A DNA stretch of 64,000 nt, taken from contig CAVVNC010000032.1 in the NCBI GenBank assembly GCA_963749525.1, forward strand, positions 8,693-72,692. Reading direction: 5' to 3'. The position numbers and the translations under genes were made by a program. The notes under the pieces are model-generated. The model was not told the DNA's origin and made no database searches. It saw nothing but the letters and a program-made list of their open reading frames with translations. Shown piece after piece: positions 52,985-63,245 of this stretch (position 1 is the stretch's first letter; every line of letters starts with the position of its first letter). The DNA comes from an uncultured delta proteobacterium. Its GTDB lineage: Bacteria > Desulfobacterota > Syntrophorhabdia > Syntrophorhabdales > WCHB1-27.

Positions 52985-55009
52985 ATGAGTGGTGGCAGTG
53001 AGGATTCCATATGTACACCCGGGCCAATCACTGGCTCAGTAAATGCTGCTATTGCCCAGCCAAATATTCAAGTGATTTACGTGGGTGGGGGGGGATGGGG
53101 GACTGGTAGCTACTGGCCCACGTCTGAGGTACCCCAAATTATCGACGAATTTCTCTCCGAACTTCTATCTTCATCTTACGTTGTCGGATTGATGCAATAC
53201 GGATTTCTAAACTCCTTTTACAATGGTTCGGTACCGTGGCAGCCCTCTCCCGGCAGTCCTCTCCCAACGACCATAGACGCCAATGATATGGGGAACATAC
53301 TGTCTCAGATCATCTCCTCCTTCCCGAGTGGATTCGGGTCCGGACAGGTCATTCCGGTCGCCAAGAACAGCATTTTTATCCTGATGATGCCCGCTGGGAT
53401 AACATTAACCGTCCAGGGTGCCGTTTCCTGCGCCAGCCTCACCAATCTCGGAGGGTTCACCGGTTACCATTCTCCGACAACCGTAAACGGACAGACAACT
53501 TCTTTCATCGCCATACCGTGGTGCGATTCGAACACCACCCCAAGCACCGCTGATTATGGCTACGCGGGGCTCACGAGAACTTTGTCGCATGAACTGGTTG
53601 AGTGCATAACAGACCCCGACGGCACGTCCGGATGGCACAATGGAACATGCGAACTGTGCGATTTTTGCGAGCTTCCGGGCAACACCGTCACTTCGCAATT
53701 CCCGATTCAAAATCCGGGGATCCTGCCGGCTGATTTCCTCAGCAATTGGGCAAATCAGGTCCCTCCCAGCTGGGAAGTTTCGGATTATTTCTCTAATACC
53801 GCTGGAACGTGCGTAGCGCCGGTTCCGGGTCCTCCTCAACCAGTCAACCTCCGTTTCACTCCCCAACCAATCGCCCAGCCGGGCTCACTTTCGCAAGGCC
53901 AGCAAGTACCGCTGACGTTTTATGCGTCTGATAAATTTGGTAAGCCTACGGCCGGAACGCCGATCACTCTACAGTTCTTTCAGCAATCCGTCGGCGCGAC
54001 CATGACCGCAAACGGAGTGACTGTCACGGCGGCGGGGATTCAGGCAAATACCGACCAAAACGGCGAGATCACCATCACTTATGCCGCTCCCGCTCCGGTG
54101 AATATTGGAGTGGATACTCTTTACGCTTCGCTGCCCGGCAATCCGGGCGCAGGCGTATCTACTTCTTATCAGTTTTTCCCCCTGCAAATAAGTCCCGGAT
54201 CTTTCGACTTCAATCCTAACCCTATAGCGGCGGCCGGGTCGTTGGCTGCGGGGCAAGTCGTGCCGATCACTTTCGTGGCAACTCAACCAGGGGGACAACC
54301 TTGGGCTTCGGTGACCCTTTCATTGGATAATGGGTCTGCAGGTCCGGCGTATGGAACGGCGGTTGTTACTGACGCGACGGGGGTCCCACTTCAGATGACG
54401 GGAGCGCAGTCGCAGAGTTTTACGCCTGACAAAAATGGAATCATCAACATTCAGTATACGGCGCCATCAGCGACTACGGTAGCTGGAAGGAGCGATTTTA
54501 TTTCTGCTTCTGTCCCTACAGGACAAGGATCGCTTTACGCTGATACTGGTTATATCATCACTCCGCAAGGAGGACCACTGGCGACTCTGTCGTTCTCACC
54601 CTCCCCGATAGCAGCAACAGGAAGCCTGCAGGCTTGGTCGTGGGTGCCCATTACTCTGACGGCAACGGACGCATCCGGACTGGCTTTAGCCAACACATTC
54701 GTCGGTCTGTTCTTTGGGAACGTGGGCCCATCTGGGAGAACGAGTGGTTCTGGAGCCGCGCAAGTAAATGGGGCTTCTCTTCCCATAGGGCCAGGTTTAT
54801 TTGAAACTGACTCGAATGGAACGATAAAGATCAACTATCAGGCACCCTACCAGTTACCCCCAGGTGGCGTGGACACGATAACCGCACAAGACCAGCTATT
54901 TAGTCCGTCGGTCGTAGCGACCGATACGTACGGCGGTACCCCCCATTTTATTGTCATCTTGAGGAATTTCTTCACCGACCTTCTTAATTTCTTCCGTGCG
55001 TATTTCTGA
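52985..55009 (+). CDS. hypothetical protein: unassigned Cys/His-rich N-terminal domain + 3 bacterial Ig-like (Big_1/invasin-type) repeats + C-terminal hydrophobic helix
   Basis: Intact 674-aa ORF with no signal peptide. HELVEC...H...CELCDFC at aa 202-228. Repeats at aa ~288-400, ~406-525 and ~534-650 open with F(T/N/S)P.PIA..GSL and close with NG.I.I.Y.AP. GC is lower than in the neighbours. Confidence 0.5.
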   Translation: MSGGSEDSICTPGPITGSVNAAIAQPNIQVIYVGGGGWGTGSYWPTSEVPQIIDEFLSELLSSSYVVGLMQYGFLNSFYNGSVPWQPSPGSPLPTTIDANDMGNILSQIISSFPSGFGSGQVIPVAKNSIFILMMPAGITLTVQGAVSCASLTNLGGFTGYHSPTTVNGQTTSFIAIPWCDSNTTPSTADYGYAGLTRTLSHELVECITDPDGTSGWHNGTCELCDFCELPGNTVTSQFPIQNPGILPADFLSNWANQVPPSWEVSDYFSNTAGTCVAPVPGPPQPVNLRFTPQPIAQPGSLSQGQQVPLTFYASDKFGKPTAGTPITLQFFQQSVGATMTANGVTVTAAGIQANTDQNGEITITYAAPAPVNIGVDTLYASLPGNPGAGVSTSYQFFPLQISPGSFDFNPNPIAAAGSLAAGQVVPITFVATQPGGQPWASVTLSLDNGSAGPAYGTAVVTDATGVPLQMTGAQSQSFTPDKNGIINIQYTAPSATTVAGRSDFISASVPTGQGSLYADTGYIITPQGGPLATLSFSPSPIAATGSLQAWSWVPITLTATDASGLALANTFVGLFFGNVGPSGRTSGSGAAQVNGASLPIGPGLFETDSNGTIKINYQAPYQLPPGGVDTITAQDQLFSPSVVATDTYGGTPHFIVILRNFFTDLLNFFRAYF

Positions 55010-55209
55010 GGTTCAGAACCTGAGCCGTCGATCGCCGAGGGGTGAGCAACCGGGACCGCTTCCCGAATACTTCTCACTATGTCCACATATGGACCATCCA
55101 TGATCGAAGTCCTCTGACTTAGCCAGGCTGAAGTTTATTATCACAACCTGTCACCGGTAACGATTGCCTTTGTCAATGTACGTCGGAGGGCACGAGGTGA
55201 AGAGGGCGC

Positions 55210-55288
55210 CCATGACGAGCGCACGCGAGGGTGAGGGGGGAGGCTCCACGGGCTTATGCCTGTGGAGGGGGCGCTGAGCCTCAATAAT
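55210..55288 (-). repeat. REP-2 copy 3 (reverse orientation)
   Basis: The reverse complement reads ATTATTGAGGCTCAGCGCCCCCTCCACAGGCATAAGCCCGTGGAGCCTCCCCCCTCACCCTCGC.... Confidence 0.85.
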
Positions 55289-55364
55289 TGCTCGCGATCG
55301 CTTCATGCGGACCGGCCGTACCTGCATGTCTGCCCGAGGCGGCCCTTTCTCGCTTTGAGGTTTT

Positions 55365-55757
55365 CTATTTCACCACGAAGTCGAACGTCATTTTCTCCGT
55401 GCTGTTTTGCCGTGCGATCGAGATAATGGCCTTCCACTGCCCCTTCATGGTGAGGTTCAGGGTCGCGCCGTATCCGTCGCCTGAAGGGTTCGCGGGCGTG
55501 TGGTAATCCATCATCGGGGGTTTTCCCGGCAATGAGGGCATGAGGTACTCGATATCCACCTGTGCATCCTTCACATGCCGGGATGCACTGTCCGTGACGG
55601 CAATCCGGAGCTTGTTCGTCCCTTCAACGGGTTTCGCCTGATCGAACGTCGCAACCACTCCATAAGGACCTGCCTTTCCTTTTGTCTCGTAGCCGCCGGC
55701 CCAACAGAGCCCGGCAGCTACGAGAAATACCACAATGGTTTGAATTGCCCATTTCAT
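55365..55757 (-). CDS. FixH/YtkA-like periplasmic domain protein, Met-rich (putative Cu/Ag accessory)
   Basis: 130 aa. Signal peptide, G.N.L.I.V.D...V.DA.V..EY.MPSLPGKPPMMDY...Y.A.L.L.M.G.W. Paralog of 61939..62334. Directly downstream of cusA. Confidence 0.5.
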   Translation of the reverse strand: MKWAIQTIVVFLVAAGLCWAGGYETKGKAGPYGVVATFDQAKPVEGTNKLRIAVTDSASRHVKDAQVDIEYLMPSLPGKPPMMDYHTPANPSGDGYGATLNLTMKGQWKAIISIARQNSTEKMTFDFVVK

Positions 55758-55782
55758 GAGCCTTCCTCCTTCTGTGCTCCCT

Positions 55783-58700
55783 CTATTCCATTCTCTCCAT
55801 GGCTGCGGCTGCGCCGTGTCTCCTGAACTCCCTTCCCTTCCAGAGCATGTATATGGCCGGATAGATGATGAGCTCGAGTATGGTCGAAGTGACGACCCCG
55901 CCCACCATGGGGGCCGCGATCCTCTTCATGATGTCCGAGCCGGCGCCGTGGCTGAACATGACCGGGATGAGGCCCGCGAGGATGACGCTCACCGTCATGA
56001 TCTTGGGCCGTATCCTCTTTACTGCGCCGTGCATGACGGCGTCCTTAAGGTCACTCAAGGTCCGGAGCAGGCCCTTTTGCTCCCATTCGGTGTGGGCGAG
56101 CTCCAGGTAGAGGAGCATGACCACCCCTGTCTCGGCATCGAGGCCTCCCAGGGCGATGATGCCCACCCATACGGCCATACTCATGTTGTAGCCGAGCAGG
56201 TAGAGGAGCCAGAACGAGCCCACGAGGGAAAAGGGGATCGCAGAAAGCACGATGATCGTCTTCGTCACTGACTTCGTGTTGAAGAAGATGAGGACGAAGA
56301 TGATGAGCAGCGTGAGGGGAATGACGAGCTTCAAGCGTTCGTGCATCTTCACGATGTACTCGTATTGGCCGCTCCACTCCAGACGGTAGCCTGCGGGGAT
56401 CTTCAGGGAGGCTACCCTCTGCTTCGCCTCGTTCACGTAACCGCCCACGTCTCTGCCGGAGAAGTCGACGTAGACGTAAGCCGTGAGGAGACCTTCCTCG
56501 CTCTTGATGCTCGTGGGGCCCCGGACGATCTTGATATCCGCAAGCTCGCCCAGGGGTACTCGCGCCGACTGGGGATTTGCCAGAAGATTCTGGGGGGCCT
56601 GATTGCCTCCCCCTTCGGTGCCCATGGCGCCTTGCGTAGAGGCGGCAGCCTGGGACGGGCTCATGCCCTCCAAGGGCACGAGCACCTTCTTGAGCTGCTC
56701 GATATCGCCGCGCAGCTCTCGGGCGTAGCGGACGTTCACGGGGTACCGCTGCCTGCCTTCAATGGTGGTGGTGAGGTTCATACCGCCAATGGCGGATTCG
56801 ATCACCTCCTGCACGTCTTCCACCGTAAGGCCGTATCTCCCTGCTTCCTCCCGCTTCACGTCGATGTCGAGGAAATAGCCGGTCGTGACCCGCTCCGCGT
56901 AGACACTCCTCGTGCCGGGGACGTCTTTCAGAAGGTGTTCGATGTCAAGGCCTATGCGCTCGATCTCGTCGAGGTTCGGCCCGAGCACCTTGATGCCCAC
57001 CGGGGTCCTGATGCCCGTGGCATTCATGTCGATCCGCGCCTTGATCGGCATGGTAAAGGAATTGCTGACACCGGGGATGGTGAGGGCATCGTTCATCTCG
57101 TCCTGCAGCTTCTCCACGGTCATGCCGGGACGCCAATCGGAGCCTGGGAGTCTCTTCCCGCGCAAGCGCGCGAGAAACCTATCGACAGCGGAGAACCTGT
57201 TTTCAGGCTTCAGGTTGATGACGGTCTCGAACATCTCGAGGGGCGCCGGGTCTGTGGCCGTCTCCGCCCTGCCTGCCTTTCCGAAAACGCTCTCCACTTC
57301 CGGTATCCCTTTGAGTATCTTGTCCTGCATCTTCAGGAGGTCCGTGGCTACCGACACGGAAGCTGCAGGCACGGTGACCGGCATGTAGAAGAGGGTACCC
57401 TCATAGAGGGGAGGCATGAATTCCGAACCCAGCTTGGTGAAGGGGTATACGGAAACTGCCAAGACGAGGAGGGCCGCGATGATCACCGCCACCTTGAACC
57501 GCAATGCGAATCGCGCCACAGGCTCGTACACCCAGCGCAGGAAACGGCTCACCGGATTACGCTCTTCGGACCGTATTTTGCCCCTGATGAAGAGGGTCAT
57601 GAGCACGGGGGTTAGGGTGATTGCGAGAAATGAAGAGAAGAGCATGGCAAAAGTCTTCGTGTAGGCGAGGGGCTTGAAGAGCCTGCCCATTTGTGCCTGA
57701 AGCGTGAAGACCGGCAAGAATCCCACGGTGATGACGAGAAGGGAGAAGAAGAGGGATGGACCCACCTCCTGGGCCGCGCTGATGATCACGTCCGCCTTTC
57801 GTCCCGGGCCGCCCTCTGTCTCCCATTCCTCCAGCTTCTTGTGGGCGTTCTCCACCATGATGATGGAGGCGTCCACCATGGCGCCGATGGCGATGGCGAT
57901 GCCGGAGAGGCTCATGATGTTGGAGGTGACGCCCATGTAGTACATGAGGATGAAGCTCATGATGATGGCGACAGGCAGGGTGAGGATGACGACAAGGGCG
58001 CTCGGAAGGTGGAAGAGGAAGACGAAGCAGACGACGCTCACGGCGATGGCGAGCTTGACGATCTCGTCCTTGAGGGTCGAGATGGAGCGCTCGATCAGGT
58101 CGGACCGGTCGTAGGTCGTGATGATCTTGACTCCGGGCGGCAGAGAGGGCGCGATGTCCCTCGTGATCTTTTCTTTCACCCTGTCGATCACGTTGAGAAC
58201 GTTCTCGCCGAACCGGACGATGACGATGCCTCCCGTGACCTCGCCTTTGCCGTCAAGGTCTGCCACGCCCCTGCGTATCTCCGGCCCGAGCTGGACGTTC
58301 GCCACATCCTTGAGAAAGACCGGGGTCCCCCGGCTGTTCGCCCCCACGGAGATGTTCTCGACATCCTCGATCCGCTTGATGTATCCCCGGCCGCGGACCA
58401 TGTACTCGACGCCGGAGAACTCGATCACTCTGCCCTCCACATCGAGGTTACTCCGTCGTACGGCCTCCATTACTTTGGTGATGGGGATGTTGTACCCGAG
58501 GAGCCGGTTGGGATCGAGGGTTATCTGGTACTGCTTGACGAAGCCCCCCACGCTCGCCACCTGGGAGACACCGGGCACGCTTTCGAGGGCGAGCTTCAGG
58601 TTCCAATCCTGGAGGGAGCGGAGCTGGGCGTTGTCAAGCTGCCCCATACTCATCGACGATGGCATACTGGAAGCCCCAGCCGAGGCTCGTCGCGTCAGGG

Positions 58701-59089
58701 CCTAGAATTGGGTTGACGTCGGCGGGAAGCTTGTTCCGGACCGCCTGGATGTATTCGAGGATACGGCTCCTCGCCCAATAGATGTCCGTCCCCTCATCGA
58801 AGATCACGTAGATGAAGGAGCTGCCGAGGAACGACATGCCCCTGACCGCCTGCACCTTGGGAGCGGCGAGGAGGGTTGACGAGATGGGATAGGTGATCTG
58901 GTCCTCCACGAGGTCGGGGCTCCGACCGGCCCACTCCGTGTAGATGATGACCTGGGTGTCGGAGAGGTCGGGAATGGCGTCCAGAGGGATATTCTTAAGG
59001 GCGTAGTAGCCCCATGCAAGGGCAAAGAAAACGAAGAGGAAGACGATGAACTTGTTTTTGGCGCTGTACCCTATGATCTTGGCTATCAT
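55783..59089 (-). CDS. cusA: CusA/CzcA-family heavy-metal efflux RND permease (one frameshift near 58650)
   Basis: ORF 55783..58665 (960 aa) plus N-terminal ORF 58634..59152 (MIAKIIGYSAKNKFIVFLF..., ATG at 59089). Typical HME-RND length of about 1100 aa. Confidence 0.9.
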
Positions 59090-59256
59090 CTTTGGCGGCT
59101 CACCTTCGCGTCCATGACTTCGTTGACCGCGTGGTCGCTCTTCTCGACGCACGAAAAGTACGCCTTCGGCGGCTCCTCCTTGTCGCCTCGTCCTGACCGC
59201 GAATTCGAGCCGCCAAGGGTTCTCATGCTCATAATCATGCCATCCACCGTTTCTGT

Positions 59257-60587
59257 CTATTGCGCGGCTGCCTGTCCCGGAGCCTGCTGCCGGGTTCGCG
59301 GCAGGGGCTCCACCCCTTTGAGCTTCGCCTCGGAGTCGATGAGGAAATTGGCGGATGAGGCGACCCTGTCGCCGGCTTTCAGCCCGGCAATGATCTCAAC
59401 GAGGCTGTCGGTTTGCACGCCTGTGATGACCTCCCGGGGCTCGAGATTGCCTTCGCCCTTGTCGACATAGGCAATGCGGCGCACCCCGGTGTCTATAACC
59501 GCATCCGTCGGCACCGCGAGCCTGCTGCCGAGGCTTATCTTCAATTCGACGTTGGTGAACATCTGGGGCTTGAGCAGACCGCCCTGATTCGGGATGCTGA
59601 ACCGCGCCTTGGCGGTGCGGGTCCCCCCTTCGAGGACAGGATAGATATAGTCGATCCGCGTAGAGAACTGCCTTCCCGGGAAGTAGCTCAGCTGAACGAC
59701 CGCGGGGTCGCCCACCTTCACGAGGGGCAGCTCGAACTCGTAGATGTCTGCCGTGATCCACACGTTTGAAAGGTCCGCCACGTCGAAGAGCTTCTCTCCC
59801 GGCATGATGCGGCTGCCCTGGTTGACATATTTCTGGAGCACGTAGCCGCTGTAAGGGCTGTATACGGTGAGGGTGCGGATGGGCTGTTCGCTCTCCTCGA
59901 TCTTCCTGATCTGGCCGTCGCTGATATCCCAGAGCTTGAGCCGCTCGTCTGGCCGCATCGACGAGGGACAGGGCGTCCTCTGTCGATCATCGAGGCGACG
60001 TTGGATCGTCCTGGCCGCTCGCCGGCTTCGGCCGGTCCCTCGGTCCTCGCCCGGGCGCTCTTCGCCCATCGCACCATGTTGATGAACTCCTGCTGGGTTG
60101 CCCAAAGCTCGGGGCTGTAAATGTCCGCCACGGGCTCGCCCTTTCTCACGTACGTCCCGGTGAAATTGACGTAGAGCTTCTCGATCCAGCCCTCTATCTT
60201 CGTGTTGATCGTGTTGAGCCTTCGCTGGTCGTACTCGACGAAGCCCACTGTTCTGATGCTCTTCGCGAGGGGCTGTACCTGCGCAACTGCGGTCTTTATC
60301 CCGATGAGCTGCTGCTTTTCCTTGGGGATCTCGACGGTCGGGGCTTCGGCCGTCCCCTGCTCGGCCGCTGCCTCTTTCGCAGGCGGCCTCTTGGCGCCGG
60401 GTTCTCGGCCGTTCCTGCCGCGATTTCGCCTGGGTCCCTCAGGGCGGAGCCGCGGGCGATCCGCCTTTTCGAGCCTGGGCTTGGGCAGCCTTGGCTCCAT
60501 GGCCGCAAAGGCCCGGTTTTCGAGAGATAGAGAAATGACGACCAGGGCGACAACCGCTCCTGCAACGACCGCTATCTGCTTCTTCAT
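59257..60587 (-). CDS. cusB: efflux RND periplasmic adaptor (CusB/HlyD family; at least 1 frameshift near 59960-60080)
   Basis: MKKQIAVVAGAVVALVV (TM) ...IKTAVAQVQPL...VEYDQRRL...VRKGEPVADIYSPEL, then the frame of ORF 59257..60105: ...VYSPYSGYV...DLSNVWITADIYE...VPTDAVIDTG.... Confidence 0.85.
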
Positions 60588-60608
60588 CTTGTCTCTCCCC
60601 GCTGCCAC

Positions 60609-61918
60609 TCACTCCGGGTGCTCCGCCAGGCGCTTCTCCCGCGAAGCCTCATGGAGCCTCGCTATCGCCTTTTCCCTTTCCACGAACTGGTTCCAGTAGA
60701 GAAGGTCGTAGTCAAGGAGGTTCTGGATCCGCGTAATTGCGGTGAGGGCTTCGATCTTGCCCGTGGCGTATCCCGAGAGGGCCAGTTCACATCCTGGTTT
60801 GCCTTGGGGACGAGTCCTTCCCGGTAAAGCTTCATGAGCCTATCTGCGGCGCTCAGCATGGAGAAAGCGTCTCTTATGTTCGAGGAACCATGAGCTCCGT
60901 TGCCGCCAGCTCCCGCTTTGCCTCCGCAAGACCCCAGCGGTCGCCTCGGCAAGGGCCTGGCTCTGCTTCGTTTTGGAAAGATGGGGAGGTTGACCGTCGC
61001 GGTGAGGTTCCACATGGTCCGGAAAGGCGCCTCCCCGAGGGAAATAGCTTGCGCCGATAGCAAAGTCCGGATAATACTCCTTTTCCGCCATCTTTACTTT
61101 CGCCTTGGCCCCTTCCACCATCTTTTTCTTCGACCGAATCTCCGGCGAATGATCCTGGGAGGCGGCCAGGGCATTCTCCAGCGTCATGTTGAAGGGGCGT
61201 GGGGCCGGACAGTACGGGTCTGCCGAGGGGGCGTTACGTCTCTTCCGACGGCGGCATTGAGCATACCCTGAAGGGCTTCGATCTTCTGCCTCTCCATCTC
61301 TTCCTTTTCGAGGAGCATATACTTTTCCGTCTGGGCCATGACCACTTCCTCCTGGGACCCCATGCCTGAGGCGTAGCGCGAGGCTGCCGCATCCTCGATC
61401 CGTGCATAGAGGCCGGCTCTCCTTGAGGATGTCGATGGTCTTATATGCAAGGAAGAGACTGTAGTAAAGCTGTCTTATCTTGGAGGCCACCTGGAGATCG
61501 TCTGCATCGTACATGGCGGCGAGGCTTCCGGCATCCTTCGTGCCATTTCGCCTTTAAGAGCCGCTTACCCGGATAGTAGAACATGCTGCGAGAGGGAAGA
61601 CATGCCCATGGGAATTTGAGTTCGGCGGCCGCCCACGTTGAGTTTTGTCGAACCCCTCGTTCTGGTAGCCGAACATGAACATGGGGTCAGGCAGGCTCTT
61701 CGCCTGGGGTATCCGAAAGCCCGCTGCCTGCGGCCCTGGCCTGGGCCGCCAGTATCTCCGGGCTTTTCGCGACCCCTTCGGCGACGAGCTCATCGAGGTC
61801 GAGGGTGTCTTCGGCCCTGCTTTCCACCTGTCCACAACGCCGCAATACCGGCGACGAGGGCCACAGGAAGAACGATCCGTGCGACAACATCCCGGAGCCA
61901 TCCGGCATGTACCTTCAT
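60609..61918 (-). CDS. cusC: TolC-family outer-membrane efflux protein (CusC-like), at least 4 frameshifts
   Basis: Fragments in all three minus frames: MKVHAGWLRDVVARIVLPVALVAG, LDLDELVAEGVAKSPEILAAQA, MTLENALAASQDHSPEIR, EYYPDFAIGASYFPRG, ...LYREGLVPKANQD. ATG at 61918 is 7 nt after a GGAGGAG. Stop TGA at 60609-60611. Confidence 0.7.
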
Positions 61919-61938
61919 GGGCATCTCCTCCCCTCGCG

Positions 61939-62334
61939 TCACTTCACATCCATGGTGTATTTCGCCGTCTCCGTCTTTCCCCCGCGACTTATCTTGACTG
62001 CCACGTTCCATGAACCCGACATGGAGGGCTCGATAACCGCTTTATACGTGTCGCCCTTTAAATCCGCGTTCGTCTTGTAGTTCATGGCAGGCATGCCGGA
62101 CATGGCCGGCATGGAATATTCCACCACCACCTTTGCGTCAATGACGGCTGCGCCCGCGGCATCCTTCACCGAGACGTCCACGTTGTTCTTACCCATAACA
62201 GGCGGGTTCTTCTCCATGGTGAGCCCCACCGTGTAGTCCCCCGCCTTCTTGGTGAGCGTGCTTGCTCCAAATGCCGCGCTGATTGTCACTGCCACGAGGA
62301 TACTTACTACTGCAATGATTGCTGACTTACGCAT
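61939..62334 (-). CDS. FixH/YtkA-like periplasmic domain protein, Met-rich, first gene of the cus operon
   Basis: 131 aa. Signal peptide, GKNNVDVSVKDAAG..V.DAKVVVEYSMPAMSGMPAMNY...Y.A.I.PSMSGSWNV. Stops 20 nt before the cusC ATG. Confidence 0.5.
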   Translation of the reverse strand: MRKSAIIAVVSILVAVTISAAFGASTLTKKAGDYTVGLTMEKNPPVMGKNNVDVSVKDAAGAAVIDAKVVVEYSMPAMSGMPAMNYKTNADLKGDTYKAVIEPSMSGSWNVAVKISRGGKTETAKYTMDVK

Positions 62335-63245
62335 TTACTACCTCCTCCTCATTTATTTTTGAGTGCTCAACGCGAGCCGGCTCCTGATGTGCTCGATTCC
62401 ATCATTCTGTCTCCCGCACGCCTTCCTTGCGCTCCCGGAAGACCTTCGCACTCCATATTCTCCAATTATAAGTCCCCCTGCACATATTCCCAGGAATTTT
62501 CACGCCGGAGGGGCTTTCGCGCACCCCGGGGGTTTTGCGCCCGTACCCCCGCAGTCCGGTCGCGCGCCGACTAAAAACGGAAGACTCCTCGCCCAATGGA
62601 CTTTCGACAGATCATCCGTTGGCCGGACTAAGAAGTTGTGCAGGCGATTCCGGGAATGGAATGGTCCTTGGCCATGGCGCGGCCAAGGGAGGGGCTCAAC
62701 GGAGGAGAGTGAGGTTTGCGAGATAGACGGTTTGGCTTTTGAGGGAGATATTCGGCCGGTCAGCTCGCGTGGGGAGGACTTTCAGGGGACAGAGCGGAGA
62801 GGGCCGGTCCGAGACCCGGTGAGCCGCCCATCACGCTGCTTGGAAGCGAGACTGCGGCCCGGGCGCTCCAGTTCGACGCACAGCGCGCCTTCACGTCGAT
62901 GCACGGCCCGCCCTGGGCTGCCTGCCGGTTTTCGCAGCAACACCCGCGCGAAAGCAGCTCCTTCCCCGTGGGACCTGTTGCCTTCGACATCCTGCATGCG
63001 TCCCCCAATCCGCTTGCCGCGCCGTTTCCCACGACAAAGAGGGAAACAGCCAAGCTGATAAGGAGCAGGAAGGGGAAACTTCCTCTTCGTGTGGGCGAGC
63101 GAAAAATCATGACTATTTTAGTGTAGTACCCGGCGCACCTATTGTCAAGAAGAATAGTATGGTTTAGTGCGTCATGCTTGATACTTCAAGTAAGGAATTG
63201 AGCAGCCCAGGAAGCTCAAAACCGTGGGCGCACCTGGCTTAGGCC

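Noticed and set aside
56341-58716. Plus-strand ORFs of 424 and 341 aa inside cusA
   Set aside because: They are antisense to the RND permease, with the same GC-rich shadow-ORF composition.
62363-63058. 231-aa plus-strand ORF upstream of the cus operon
   Set aside because: The translation is Arg/Pro/Ser-rich with no motif or RBS. The overlapping minus-strand 116-aa ORF (62760..63110) is only marginally better, so I left both unannotated.
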